Assembly: GCA_036689285.1 (NCBI GenBank)
Contig: CP144782.1
Location: forward strand, 129,580-193,579
Direction of reading: 5' to 3'
Source of the DNA: Candidatus Stammera capleta
Lineage (GTDB): Bacteria; Pseudomonadota; Gammaproteobacteria; Enterobacterales; Enterobacteriaceae
DNA: 64,000 nucleotides
Shown here: piece after piece, positions 23,275-37,797 of the stretch
How the letters are laid out: every line of letters starts with the position of its first letter
How positions within the stretch are numbered: the first letter of the stretch is position 1
The notes under the pieces: generated by a model
What the model saw: the letters and a program-made list of their open reading frames with translations, nothing else
What the model was told of the DNA's origin: nothing
Databases searched by the model: none
Translations under genes and position numbers: made by a program

Positions 23275-24222
23275 ATGAAAAATATTAATTTAAAAATTAA
23301 AAATATATTTAATAAAAAAAGACTAGATATAACTATAAAAAAATATATAAAAAAATATTCAAGAAATAAAATTATTAAATTAATAAAAAATAAATGTGTA
23401 AATGTAAATAATATTATAATAACTAAACAAAGTAAAATAATTAAAAAAAATGATATTATTAATATTAAAAAAATAAATAATAATATAAAAATTAAACCTT
23501 CTAAAATTCCTATTAATATAATTTATGAAGATAAATATATTTTAATAATAAATAAAAAAAATAATTCTATTGTTCATCCTGGATCAGGTAATTATAATAA
23601 TACAATTTTAAATTCAATAATTTATTATTATCCTAAAATAATAAAAAAAAAAATACCTAGATGTGGAATAATACATAGATTAGATAAAAATACTACAGGA
23701 CTTCTAATAATTGCTAAAAGTATTAAAAGTTATAATAATTTAATTAAACAAATAAAAAAAAATAAAATAAAAAGAATATATAAATCTATAGTTTTTGGTA
23801 AAATTAAAAATAATGGTTATATAAATAAACCTATATCAAGAAATAAATATAAAAGAACTATAATGTCAATAAATAAAAATGGTAAAAAAGCAATTACACA
23901 TTATAAAAAAATAAAAATATTTAATTTTTGTACATTATTAAAAATAAAATTACAAACTGGTAGAACACATCAAATAAGAACACATATGAATTATATTAAT
24001 CATCCTATAATAGGAGAAAAAATATATACTAATAAAAATATTAAAAAATATAAAATTTCAAAAAAAACTACAAAAATAATAAAAAATATAAAAAGACAAA
24101 TGTTACATGCATCAATATTAAAATTTAAACATCCAATAAATAATAATATAATAAAAATAAATTCTAAATTACCAAAAGATTTTATTAATTTAATTATATA
24201 TCTAAAAGTAAATGAAAACTAA
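23275..24222 (+). CDS. rluD: 23S rRNA pseudouridine(1911/1915/1917) synthase RluD
   Basis: [21 protein letters not shown]...[18 protein letters not shown]...[23 protein letters not shown]..Y...RQMLHA matches E. coli RluD ([62 protein letters not shown]). Confidence 0.88.
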   Translation: [315 protein letters not shown]

Positions 24223-24644
24223 CAATTTTTTTTTAATCACATTTCTAATATATAAACTGCTGATATAGAATGTATATTATAATTAGAATAAAAAGAATTA
24301 TAAAAATCAAAATTATTATTAATTAAATTACGAGCAGCATATGAAGTATAAGCTTCATTAGAAAAAAAAATTTTAAGATTAAATTTTTTATTTAAAATTT
24401 TAGCAAATTTATTAATATAACTAATAAATATTTTATTATTATTTTCATTATTATATTCTATAGGATAACCAATAACAACTTTTTTAATTAATCAAATATC
24501 AATAATCTTTTTTATTTCTAATCAATTTATAGGTATACCCTTTTTAGCATTTAAACTTATTAAAGGATTAGCAGTTTTTGTATAAAATTGTCCTATAGCT
24601 ACACCTATATGTTTCATTCCAAAATCAAAACATGCTATAAACAT
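24219..24644 (-). CDS. ruvX: YqgF/RuvX pre-16S rRNA nuclease (Holliday-junction-resolvase-like)
   Basis: Not in the ORF track because of three in-frame TGAs. Translation [26 protein letters not shown]....GIPIN-W-..IKKIIDI-W-..KVVIGYP...[10 protein letters not shown]...SISAVYILE matches E. coli YqgF (LLAFDFGTKSIGVAVGQ..TGTARPL..DERLSTVEAR..SASAVIILE). Its TAG stop overlaps the rluD stop by 4 nt, convergently. Confidence 0.82.
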
Positions 24645-24909
24645 TTTAAAAAATTTTTTTATTAATTAACTATTTTAATATAAAAATATAAAATATTAAT
24701 TTTAATATATATATAAATAAATATATTAATTAAATAAATAATTAATATTTTATTATATTTTAAATAATTAAAATTATTTTTATTAATTTAAATATATATA
24801 ATATAAATATAAATTATTTTTTAAAAAATATAAATAATTAAATTATATATATTTTAATAAATTTAATATATATAATATTATTAATTATAATATATATATA
24901 AATATTAAA

Positions 24910-25902
24910 ATGAATAAAATATTATTTTATAGTTCTAAAAAATACGAAATAAAAATTTTTAACAAAATTAATAAAAAATTTAAATTTAAAATAAAATATT
25001 ATAAAAAATCACTAAATATTAAAACTGTTAAAAAATCTAAAGGATTTAATCATATATGTATATTTGTAAATGATAATGCATATGATTCTAATATTATAAA
25101 AAAAATTAAAAAATATAATATAAAAACTATAGCTTTAAGATGTACAGGATTTAATAATGTTAATTTAAATTTAACTAAAAAATACAATATAAAAGTAATA
25201 AATGTAAAATCATATTCTCCTAGATCTATTGCTGAATATACTTTAGGTTTAATTTTAAATTTAAGTAGAAAAATATATATATCATATAAAAATTCTAAAA
25301 ATCAAAATTTTGATTTAAATAATTTAATTGGATTTAATTTATATAAAAAAACTATAGGAATTATTGGAACAGGTAAAATTGGTCAAAAATTAATAAAAAT
25401 ATTACAAGGATTTAAAATGAAAATATTAGTTTTTGATATAATCAAATATCCTATTATAAAAAAATATAATGCTAAATATACATCTTTAAATTTTTTATAT
25501 AAAAATTCAGATATTATAACTATACATTGTCCATATAATAAAAATAATCATTATATGATTAATTATAAAAATATAATAAAAATGAAAAAAAATGTAATAA
25601 TAATTAATACTAGTAGAGGTGAATTAATTAATTCAAAATCAATTATAAAAGCTATAAAAAAAAATAAAATAGGAGCTATAGCTATGGATGTATATGAAAA
25701 AGAAAAAAATATTTTTTTTAAAAATAAATATAATAAAATAATAAAAGATGATACATTTAATATATTATTATCATATAATAATGTTTTAATAACTGGTCAT
25801 CAAGCATTTTTAACTAAAGAATCTTTATTAGAAATATCAAAAATTACTTTAAATAATATAAAAAAAATATCTTTAAATAAAAAATGTAAAGATTATATAT
25901 AA
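24910..25902 (+). CDS. ldhA: D-lactate dehydrogenase (fermentative, 2-hydroxyacid dehydrogenase family)
   Basis: Colinear with E. coli LdhA: ICIFVNDN, IALRCTGFNNVNL, IGIIGTGKIG, ITIHCP, IINTSRGELI, IGAIAMDVYEKEKNIFF and ITGHQAFLTKESL. 330 aa versus 329. Confidence 0.92.
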   Translation: MNKILFYSSKKYEIKIFNKINKKFKFKIKYYKKSLNIKTVKKSKGFNHICIFVNDNAYDSNIIKKIKKYNIKTIALRCTGFNNVNLNLTKKYNIKVINVKSYSPRSIAEYTLGLILNLSRKIYISYKNSKNQNFDLNNLIGFNLYKKTIGIIGTGKIGQKLIKILQGFKMKILVFDIIKYPIIKKYNAKYTSLNFLYKNSDIITIHCPYNKNNHYMINYKNIIKMKKNVIIINTSRGELINSKSIIKAIKKNKIGAIAMDVYEKEKNIFFKNKYNKIIKDDTFNILLSYNNVLITGHQAFLTKESLLEISKITLNNIKKISLNKKCKDYI

Positions 25903-25928
25903 TAAAATTATATAAAATTAAATAATTT

Positions 25929-27302
25929 ATGAATAAAAAAAAAAACAATAAAAAAAAAACAAAAAAAATTTTTTTATATAATAAAATTTTATATAATAAT
26001 TTTAAAAAAGGGATTAATAAAAAAATAATAAAAAAAATATCTAAAAAACGTAATGAACCAAATTGAATGTTAAATATAAGATTAAAAGCATATAAACTAT
26101 GAATTAAAAAAAAAGAACCTAAATGATTTAATGGTAAATATCCTAAAATAAAATATCAAAAATATAAATATTATTCTAGTCCTGTAATAAAAAAAAAAAA
26201 TATTAAAAATATACTAAAAACTATTAAAATATATAAAAAAAATATAGGTATAGATACTATTATTAATAGTATCTCAATAAATACTACATATGAAAAAAAA
26301 TTATCTAAATTAGGAATAATATTTTGTTCATTTAGTAAAGCTGTAAAAAATTATCCTAAATTAATTAAAAAATATATGTTTAAATCTATTCCTATGAATG
26401 ATAATTTTTTTTCTATATTAAATACATGTATATTCTCAGATGGAACATTTATATATATACCTAAAAATATAAAATGTCCAATAGATTTATCATCATATTT
26501 TAGAATAGATAACTCAAATTTAGCACAATTTGAAAGAACATTAATAATATTAGAAAAAAATACATATTTAAATTATATAGAAGGTTGTACAGCAATAATA
26601 AAAAAAAAAAATCAATTACATTCTGGAGTAGTAGAAATAATATTAAAAAAAAAATCTAAAATAAAATATTTTACTATACAAAATTGATTTAATAATAATT
26701 TAAATAAAAAAAAAGGTATTTTAAATTTTGCAACTAAAAGAGCATTATGTTTAGGTTATAAAAGTAATATATTTTGAATACAAATTGAAAAAGGATCTTA
26801 TATAAATTGAAAATATCCAAGTTCAATATTATTAGGTAATAAAAGTTCAAGTAATTTTTACTCAATATCAATTACTAAAGATAATCAACAATCTGATACA
26901 GGTACAAAAATATTTCATATAGGAAAAAAAACTAAATCCTTAATAATTTCAAAAAATATAGCATTAAATAATAGTAAAAATACAAATAGAATTTTAATAA
27001 AAATTAATAAAAAATCATATAAATCAAAAAATTTTACTAAATGTGATTCTTTATTATTAAGTAACAAATGCAGTATATATTCAATACCAATAATAGAATC
27101 AAATAATTATAATTCTATAATAGAACATGAAACATATTCAAATTATTTAAAAAAAGAACAAATTTTTTTTTTATTACAAAGAGGTATTAAAAAAAAAAAT
27201 GCATTAATAATGATTATTAATGGGTTTTGTGAAAATATATTAAAAATATTACCATTAAATTTTTATTTAGAAGTTAAAGAAATATTATTAAAAAAATTAT
27301 AA
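25929..27302 (+). CDS. sufB: Fe-S cluster assembly scaffold SufB
   Basis: KRNEPN-W-MLNIRLKAYKL-W-...EP.-W- matches E. coli SufB ([27 protein letters not shown]). The internal fragment has FSILNTCIFSDGTFIYIPKN..CP. It sits upstream of sufCDSE. Confidence 0.9.
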
Positions 27303-27321
27303 AATTAATTTTAAATTAAAC

Positions 27322-28023
27322 ATGTGCTTATTAAAAATTAAAAACTTAAAAATAAAAATAAAAAAAAAAACAATAATTAAAAATATAAATTTAAAAATAA
27401 AAAAAGGAGAAATACATATTTTAATAGGAAAAAATGGATCAGGCAAAAGTACTATAATTTTAACAATAGCTGGTAAAAAAAAATATATAATATCTAAAGG
27501 AAAAATTTTATTTGAAAATAAAAATATAAATAATATATCAATTGATAAAAGAGCTAAAAAAGGATTATTTATATCTTTTCAAAATAATATAGAAATACCA
27601 GGGTTAAACAATCAATATTTTTTATATAAATCATTTAATTCAATAAGAAAATATAATAATAAAAAAACATTAAATATAATAGAATTTAAAAAAATTTTAT
27701 ATAAAAAAATAAAAAAAATTAATTTTTCTAAAAATTTATTAAATAGATCATTAAATACAGGATTTTCAGGAGGTGAAAAAAAAAAAAATGAAATTTTGCA
27801 AATTCTATTATTAAATCCTAAATTAATAATTTTAGATGAAATAGATTCAGGATTAGATAAAAATACAATAAAAAAAATTATTTTAATAATTAATAAACTT
27901 AAAAAAAAAAATAAATCTTTTTTAATTATTACACATAATAAAAAATTAATAAAATATACAAAACCAAATTATATACATTTATTAAAAAATAATAAAATAA
28001 TTAATAATTATAATTTAAATTAA
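27322..28023 (+). CDS. sufC: Fe-S cluster assembly ATPase SufC
   Basis: Walker A [10 protein letters not shown], ABC signature [13 protein letters not shown] and Walker B [12 protein letters not shown]. It sits between sufB and sufD. Confidence 0.92.
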   Translation: [233 protein letters not shown]

Positions 28024-28029
28024 TTTAAA

Positions 28030-29061
28030 ATGATATATAAAAAAAAAATTAAATATATATTAAAAACTATTAATATAAAAAAAAAAAAAATTAAAAAATA
28101 TATAAAAATTTTTTCAATATTAAAATCTATAAAAATATTTATATTAAATAAAAATATTTTTTATACTAACAAAAAAATAAAAAAAATACTAAAAATAAAA
28201 TTTATTATAAAAAATAAACTTAATATAATTAATATTAATATATTTAAAAATATAAAAATTAAAAAATTTATACATTTTATTTTAATAAATAACATAAAAA
28301 ACAATAATTATAATAAAATATATATTTTAATACAAAAAAATTCAAAAATATCTATTATTAAACAATATATAAATATTTATAAAAAAAATAATCTTATTTA
28401 TAATTATAAAATAAATATAAATAAAAAATCATATTTAAATTATTTTAATATTTTAAAATTAAATAATATATTATCAACATATAAATATAAATATATATTT
28501 AACATAAAAAAAAAATCTAAATTAAAAATATTTAATTTATATAACAATATAAATATATTAAAAAATAAATGTAAATATTTTTTAAATAAAAAATCTAATT
28601 TAATAATATATAATATATCAATACCAAATTATAAAAATAAATTTTATTTTAAAAATAAAATAATACATAAATCAAAAAAATCAAAAAGTTTATATAAACA
28701 TAAATGTTTAATAAATAAACAAAGTATATTTATATTAAAAAATAAATTAATAATTAAAAAAAATGCTAAATATTCTAAATCAAATTTAATTAATAATAAT
28801 TTACACATCATTAAAAATTTTAAAATTATTAGTCAACCAAAAATAAAATTATTTAATAAAAAAAATAAATGTATTCATAATACAACTATTAATAATATTA
28901 ATAAAAAAGAAATATTTTATTTATTAAATAGAGGTATAAATATATATAATATAAAAAAAATAATATCTATATCATTTTTAATAAATATAATAAAATATAT
29001 AAAAATAAAATATTTTAAAAATATTATATATAAAATTATTAAAAACATTTTAAATAAATAA
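28030..29061 (+). CDS. sufD: Fe-S cluster assembly protein SufD (highly degenerate, low-complexity)
   Basis: Placed by position between sufC and sufS. The C-terminal KEIFYLLNRGINIYNIKKIISISF resembles E. coli SufD EQLFYLRSRGIDQQDAQQMIIYAF. The rest is K/N/I rich. Confidence 0.7.
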   Translation: MIYKKKIKYILKTINIKKKKIKKYIKIFSILKSIKIFILNKNIFYTNKKIKKILKIKFIIKNKLNIININIFKNIKIKKFIHFILINNIKNNNYNKIYILIQKNSKISIIKQYINIYKKNNLIYNYKININKKSYLNYFNILKLNNILSTYKYKYIFNIKKKSKLKIFNLYNNINILKNKCKYFLNKKSNLIIYNISIPNYKNKFYFKNKIIHKSKKSKSLYKHKCLINKQSIFILKNKLIIKKNAKYSKSNLINNNLHIIKNFKIISQPKIKLFNKKNKCIHNTTINNINKKEIFYLLNRGINIYNIKKIISISFLINIIKYIKIKYFKNIIYKIIKNILNK

Positions 29062-29063
29062 AA

Positions 29064-30296
29064 ATGAATTTAAATATTAAAAAAATTAAAAATGATTTTC
29101 CATTATTAAAAAAAAAAATAAATAATAAAAAAATAATATATTTAGATAATGCTACTACATTACAAAAACCTAAAATAGTAATTAAATCAATAAATAAATT
29201 TCTAAAAAATAATTATTCTTCAATAAATAGAGGAATATATACATTAAGTAATATTAATACAAATATAGTTGAAGAAATAAGAATAAATATTTCTAAATTT
29301 ATTAACGCTAAATCACCAGAAGAAATAATTTTTATAAAAAATTCTACCGAAGGAATAAATATTTTATCTAATATATTAATAACAAATAATTATAATAAAA
29401 ATAATAATATAATTATAACTATGATGGAACATCACTCAAATATAGCTCCATGATTTTTTATATCAAAAAAATTAAATTTAAAATTAAAAATAATAAAAAT
29501 AAAAAAAAATGGAAAATTAAATATAAAAAATTTTAAAAATTTAATAAATGAAAACACCAAAATTTTATCAATAACACACATTTCAAATGTTTTAGGAACT
29601 ATTAATCCAATTAAAAAAATAATTAAAATAGCTAAAAAAAATAATATTATAACTATAATAGATGGTTCACAAGCAATTTCACATATAAAAATTAATATAC
29701 AAAAAATAAACTGTGATTTTTATATTTTTTCAGGACATAAAATGTTTTCATTAAATGGAATAGGAATATTATATGGAAAAAAAAAATTATTAGATAATTT
29801 ATATCCAAATCAATTTGGAGGAGGAACTATATCTAATATATATATAAAAAATAATAAAATAAAAAAAATTAATTTAATTAATACACCATGAAAATTTGAA
29901 CCAGGATCTTATAATATAGAATCAATAATAAGTTTAAAATATGCTATTAAATATATAAATTATATAAAAATAAAAAATATAATTAAATATGAAAAAAAAT
30001 TAACTAAATATACATTAAATAAATTAAAATTATTACCAGAAATTAAAATTTATGGGTCTAAACCTAGAATAGGCATAATATCCTTTAATATAACAAATTG
30101 TCATTGTTATGATATAGGATTTTTGTTAAATAAATTTGGAATATGTATAAGAATAGGAAATCAATGTTCTATACCTATAATGAAATTTTACAAAACATCA
30201 GGAATGTGTAGATTATCATTAGCTATATATAATTCTAAAAAAGATATAAAAACATTTATTTATTACTTAAAAAAAACAATTAAAATTATTAAATAA
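29064..30296 (+). CDS. sufS: Cysteine desulfurase SufS
   Basis: YLDNATT.QKP, MEHHSNI.P-W-, ITHISNVLGTINP, FSGHKM (PLP Lys) and the active-site region IRIGNQCSIPIM (E. coli RTGHHCAMPLM). 410 aa versus 406. Confidence 0.92.
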
Positions 30297-30323
30297 AATT
30301 AAAATAAATATTTTACTTAATTA

Positions 30324-30719
30324 ATGAAAAAAAAAATTATAAAAGAAATTAATTTATGTAAAAATTGAGAAGAAACTATAAATTATATTATATATTTAAG
30401 TAAAAAATTACCTTTAAATAATATAAATATAAGAAAAAAAAAATATATTATATATGGATGTTATAATAATATATGATTAAAAATTAATAAAATAAAAAAA
30501 AAAATAATAATAAATGGAGATAGTAATACAATAATAATAAAAGGAATTTTATTTATAATATTATCCTTTTATAATAAAAAAAAAAAAAATTATATTTTAA
30601 AATTAAATTTAATAAATTTACTAAAAAAAATAAAATTATTTAAATATATTGATATAACTAAAAAAATAATAATAAAAAAAATAATATTATTTATTAAAAA
30701 AAAAATTAAAAAAATATAA
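30324..30719 (+). CDS. sufE: Cysteine desulfuration protein SufE
   Basis: Not in the ORF track (two TGAs). CKN-W-EETINYIIYLSKKLP...IIYGCYNNI-W-L...NGDSNTIIIKGIL matches E. coli SufE (CANWEEKYLYIIELGQRLP..IQGCQSQVWI..QGDSDAAIVKGLI), including the persulfide-accepting Cys. Confidence 0.85.
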
Positions 30720-30830
30720 ATAAAATTTATATATTTAAATTATTTTCTATAAAATAATTTTTATATATTAAATATATAATATTTAAATAATTTTATAAAT
30801 AAAATAAAAATAATTTTTAATAAAATTAAT

Positions 30831-32357
30831 ATGAATATATTATTTAATATAATTAAAATAAGTTCATTAACATGTATAGTTAAAATAATAGGTTTTATTA
30901 GAGATATAATAATAGCTAATAAATTTGGTATAAATATGACAACAGATGCTTTTTATTCATCATTAAAAATACAAAATTTATTAAGAAAAATATTAACTGA
31001 AGGAACATTATCATATATATTTATTCCTATATTAAGTAAATACAAAATAAAAAAAAAAAAAAAACATATTGAACAATTAATTAGTACTATATATATATTA
31101 TTAGTAATAACTTTATTAACAATTACAATATTTTCTATAATTTTTTCAAAAAAAATAATATACTTAACTTCTTCAGGATTTATAAAAAATAATAAAAAAT
31201 TTAAATTAACTGCCAAATTATTTAGAAATACAATACCATTTATAATATTAATATCATTATCTTATTTTTTAGCTTCAATATTAAATTTATGAAATATTAT
31301 ATATCCTATAATATCTATACCATTATTAACTAATATTAGTATTATAATTTTCAGTATATTCTTTAGTAAATTTTTTAAAAATCAAATTTTATCACTTAGT
31401 ATAGCAATAATAATAGGAGGATTAATACAATTAACTTTACAAAAAATATATATAAAACAAATACCAATTAAAATTAATTTTAAAAACATTAATTTTAATC
31501 ATATAGAAATTATAAAAATAATAAAAAAAATTATACCTACAATATTTGGAGTATCTATATATCAAATTTCACAAATTATTAATAATAATTTATTATCTTT
31601 CTTAAAAGAAGGATCTATATCTTGAATATATTATGCAGATAAATTAATTGAATTACCATTAAGTATTTTAGGAACTATAACAAGTACAATTTTATTAGCT
31701 AAATTATCTGATAAATATAATAAAAAAGATATGAATGGATATAATAAATTAATAGATAAATATTTTCAAATAATAATATTATTAAGTATTCCAATATCTA
31801 TATTTTTTATAATTACATCTAAATTATTAATTATATCTTTATTTAATTATGGTAAATTTAAATATTTAGATGTATTAATGACATCTAAAATATTAATAAT
31901 ACATTCAATAGGATTAACTGGTTTAATTTTTACTAAAATTTTAATTCCATGTTTTTATTCACAACAAAATATTAATACACCTAATAAAATTTCAATATTA
32001 ACTTTAATAATTTCACAAATAATTAATATATTTACTATAAAAATATTTAAATATACAGGTATAGCAATATCAATATGTATAACTTATTATATAAATAGTA
32101 TATTACTATATTTAAAATTAAAAAATAAAAATTTTAAACATAAATATAAATGAAAAACATTCATAATAAAAACAATTATATCAAATATAATAATATCAAT
32201 ATTTTTATTAATAATAACAAAAAATTTAGAAGAAATCTTTATTAAATATAATATATATTTAAGATTAACTAAAATTATATTATTAATAATATATACAATA
32301 TTATTATATATAATATGTTTATATATATTAAATATAAATAAAGAAAAAATTTTTTAA
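30831..32357 (+). CDS. murJ: Lipid II flippase MurJ (MviN)
   Basis: MNILFNIIKISSLTCIVKIIGFIRDIIIANKFGINMTTDAFYSSLKIQNLLRKILTEGTLSYIFIPIL matches E. coli MurJ ([68 protein letters not shown]). Fragments are in one frame. 508 aa versus 511. Confidence 0.9.
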
Positions 32358-32370
32358 AAATATATATATA

Positions 32371-32538
32371 TTATTTATTCCTTTTTTTTATATTTAATAA
32401 ATAATCATCATTAACATGATGATATAAATTATATTTATTATTTACTTTATTAAAAAATAATACTGGATAACTTAAATGTAAATGTGATCTACGACTACCT
32501 CTTTTAGATCTACTTTTTTTACTTTTTTGAACTGCCAT
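32371..32538 (-). CDS. rpmF: 50S ribosomal protein L32
   Basis: Too short for the ORF track. MAVQKSKKSRSKRGSRRSHLHL...YHHV matches E. coli L32 ([22 protein letters not shown]...RHHI). 55 aa. Confidence 0.9.
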   Translation of the reverse strand: MAVQKSKKSRSKRGSRRSHLHLSYPVLFFNKVNNKYNLYHHVNDDYLLNIKKRNK

Positions 32539-33508
32539 TTATATACCTATAATTTTTAAATTTATATTTAATATTATATAAAATATAACATAAATCATCA
32601 TCTAATTTTAAAAAAAAATTTAATCTTTTATTTAATATAGGATGTAAAAAAGAAATAAAATTACAATGTAAAAATAATCTACTAACTTTATAAATATAAA
32701 ATTTATTATTTATATATTTATTACCATAAATATTATCAAATAAAATAGGAAATCCTAAAAAACTAGTATGTAATCTAATTTGATGAAATCTACCAGTAAT
32801 TGGTTCAGCTTCTAATAAAGTAAAATTACCAATATAATTTATAATTTTAAAATATGTTATAGCTTTTTTAAATTTACTAAAATTATTTTTTTTATATTTA
32901 TATACATAACCTCTATTATTATATTTAACTAAAAAATTACTAATTTTTTTTATATTTTTAGATCAATAACCATAAACTAATAAAATATATTTTTTTCTAA
33001 TATTATGTAATTTAAAATCATTATTTAATTTAATTAAAATATTTCTTTTTTTAGACAATAATAAAAACCCAGAAGAATATTTATCAAGTCTATGAATTAA
33101 ATTTAAATATTTATATTTTATATTTAAATTTCTATAAATATTAATTAAATTTCAATAAATATTTTTTCCACTATGAACACTAATTCCAGAAATTTTATTA
33201 ATTAAAATTAAATATTTATCTTCATAAATTATTCTATTTTTAAATTTATTAACTATTTTTTTACTTAAAAATATATTTTTAATATTTTTATTAAAAGAAA
33301 TTAAAGGTATTCTCAAAATATCATTAATATTTAATTTATATTTATAAGAAATTCTTTTATTATTTACTCTTATATTTCCTTTTCTAATTAAAGAATATAT
33401 TTTAGATTTAGATAAACTCTTTATTTTACTAAATAAAAAATTGTCTATTCTTTGATTTAAATTATTAATATTTATTTTAATAAAACTTAAAAAAAATTTT
33501 TTATACAT
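32519..33508 (-). CDS. rluC: 23S rRNA pseudouridine(955/2504/2580) synthase RluC
   Basis: S4-like N-terminus (QRIDNFLFSKIKSLSKSKIYSLIRKGNIRVNNKR). Catalytic LIHRLDKYSSGFLLLSK and PITGRFHQIRLH. Divergent from rne, as in E. coli. Joined through TGAs. The 3' end overlaps the rpmF start by 20 nt. Confidence 0.85.
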
Positions 33509-33616
33509 TATATATTTTTAAAATTTATTATATTAAATATTATAAAATATTTATAAATAAATAATACAATTATATACTAATAAATTAATAATTATTTAAT
33601 TAAAATCAATAAATAT

Positions 33617-35296
33617 ATGAAAAGAATGTTAATAAATGCTTCTCATAAAGAAGAACTAAGAATAGCATTAATAAATAATAAAAAACTATATGATTTAAAT
33701 ATAGAAAATAAAAAATATAAAAAAAAAATATCAAATATATATAAAGGTAAAATTAGTAGATTAGAACCTAGTTTAGAAGCAGTTTTTATAAATTATGGAG
33801 ATATAAAAAATGGTTTTTTACCATTAAAAGAAATATCTTCTAAATATTTCAAAAAAAATAAAAAAAATATTAAAAATATAAAAAATTTATATAAAGGACA
33901 AGAACTAATAATACAAATTACTAAAGATTCTATAGGAAAAAAAGGAGCAACATTAACAACATTTATTAATTTAATAGGAAGTTATTTAATATTAATGCCC
34001 AATAAAAAAAAAAAATTTGGTATATCAAAAAAAATTGAAGGTAAAGAAAGAAAAAATATTAAAATAATAATAAAAAAATTAAAAATACCTAAAAATATGG
34101 GATTAATAATTAGAACAGCAGGACTAGGAAAATCAATAAAAATATTTAAATTAGAATTATCATTAATATTAAAAAATTGAAAAAATATAAAAAAAAAATT
34201 TAAAAAAGAAAAAAATCCTATTTTAATATATAAACAAAATAATATATTTATTAAAATATTTAGAGATCATTTAAATAAAGATATTAAAGAAATTATAATA
34301 GATAATTATAAAATATATAAATTATCAATTAAAAATATTAAATTATTAAGAAAATTAGATTTTATTGATAAAATAAAATTTTATAATAAAGAAATACCAT
34401 TATTTAGTTATTTTAAAATTGAATCTCAGATAGAATCAGCTTTTAAAAGAAAAGTAAAATTACCATCAGGAGGATCAATTATTATAGATAATACTGAAGC
34501 TTTAATATCAATTGATATTAATTCTTCAAAATATAATAAAGCTAATAATATAGAAATTACAGCATTTAATACTAATTTAGAAGCTATAAAAGAAATATCT
34601 AAACAATTAATATTAAGAAATTTAGGAGGATTAATAGTAATAGATTTTATAGATATGAATATAACAAATACAAAAATAATAGAAAATAAATTTAAAAAAA
34701 TTATAAATAAAGATAAAGCAAAAACAAAAATTGGTTATATATCACAATTTGGATTATTAGAAATGTCTAGACAAAGATTAAATCTTTCATTAAAAGAATC
34801 TAATTATTATATTTGTCCTAGATGTAAAGGAAATGGAATATTAAGAAATAATGAATCTTTATCACTTTTAATATTAAGAATAATACAAGAAAAATCTCTT
34901 AAAAAAAATACTAAAGAAATTCATATAACAGTACCTATTAATATAGCATATTATTTATTAAAAAAAAAAAATTTCTTTTTTCATAATATAAAAAAAAAAA
35001 ATATTAAAATTATAATAATACCAAATAAAAAAATAAAAACACCAAATTATTCAATATTAAGAATAAAACATAAAATTAAAATTAATAATTACATTAAAAT
35101 TAAAAATAAATTTAATAATTTATATATAAATAAACAATTAATATATAAAAATTATAAATTTAATTTTTTTAAAAAAATACATAAATTAATTAAAAATATA
35201 TTAATAATTATTAAAAATATAAAATATTTTATATACAATAGAATTATATATAAAAATAATAAAACATTTATATATAATAAAAATAATAAAATTTAA
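33617..35296 (+). CDS. rne: Ribonuclease E, catalytic N-terminal half only
   Basis: MKRMLINASHKEELRIALINNKKLYDLNIE...NIYKGKISRLEPSLEAVFINYG...GFLPLKEI is near-identical in pattern to the E. coli RNase E N-terminus. Also LPSGGSIIIDNTEALISIDINS, ETAFNTNLEA, NLGGLIVIDFIDM, SQFGLLEMSRQRL and the Zn-link CPRCKGNG. 559 aa versus 1061. Confidence 0.92.
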
Positions 35297-35305
35297 TTAA
35301 ATAAA

Positions 35306-37786
<2,481 letters not shown>

Positions 37787-37797
37787 TAAAATTATTT

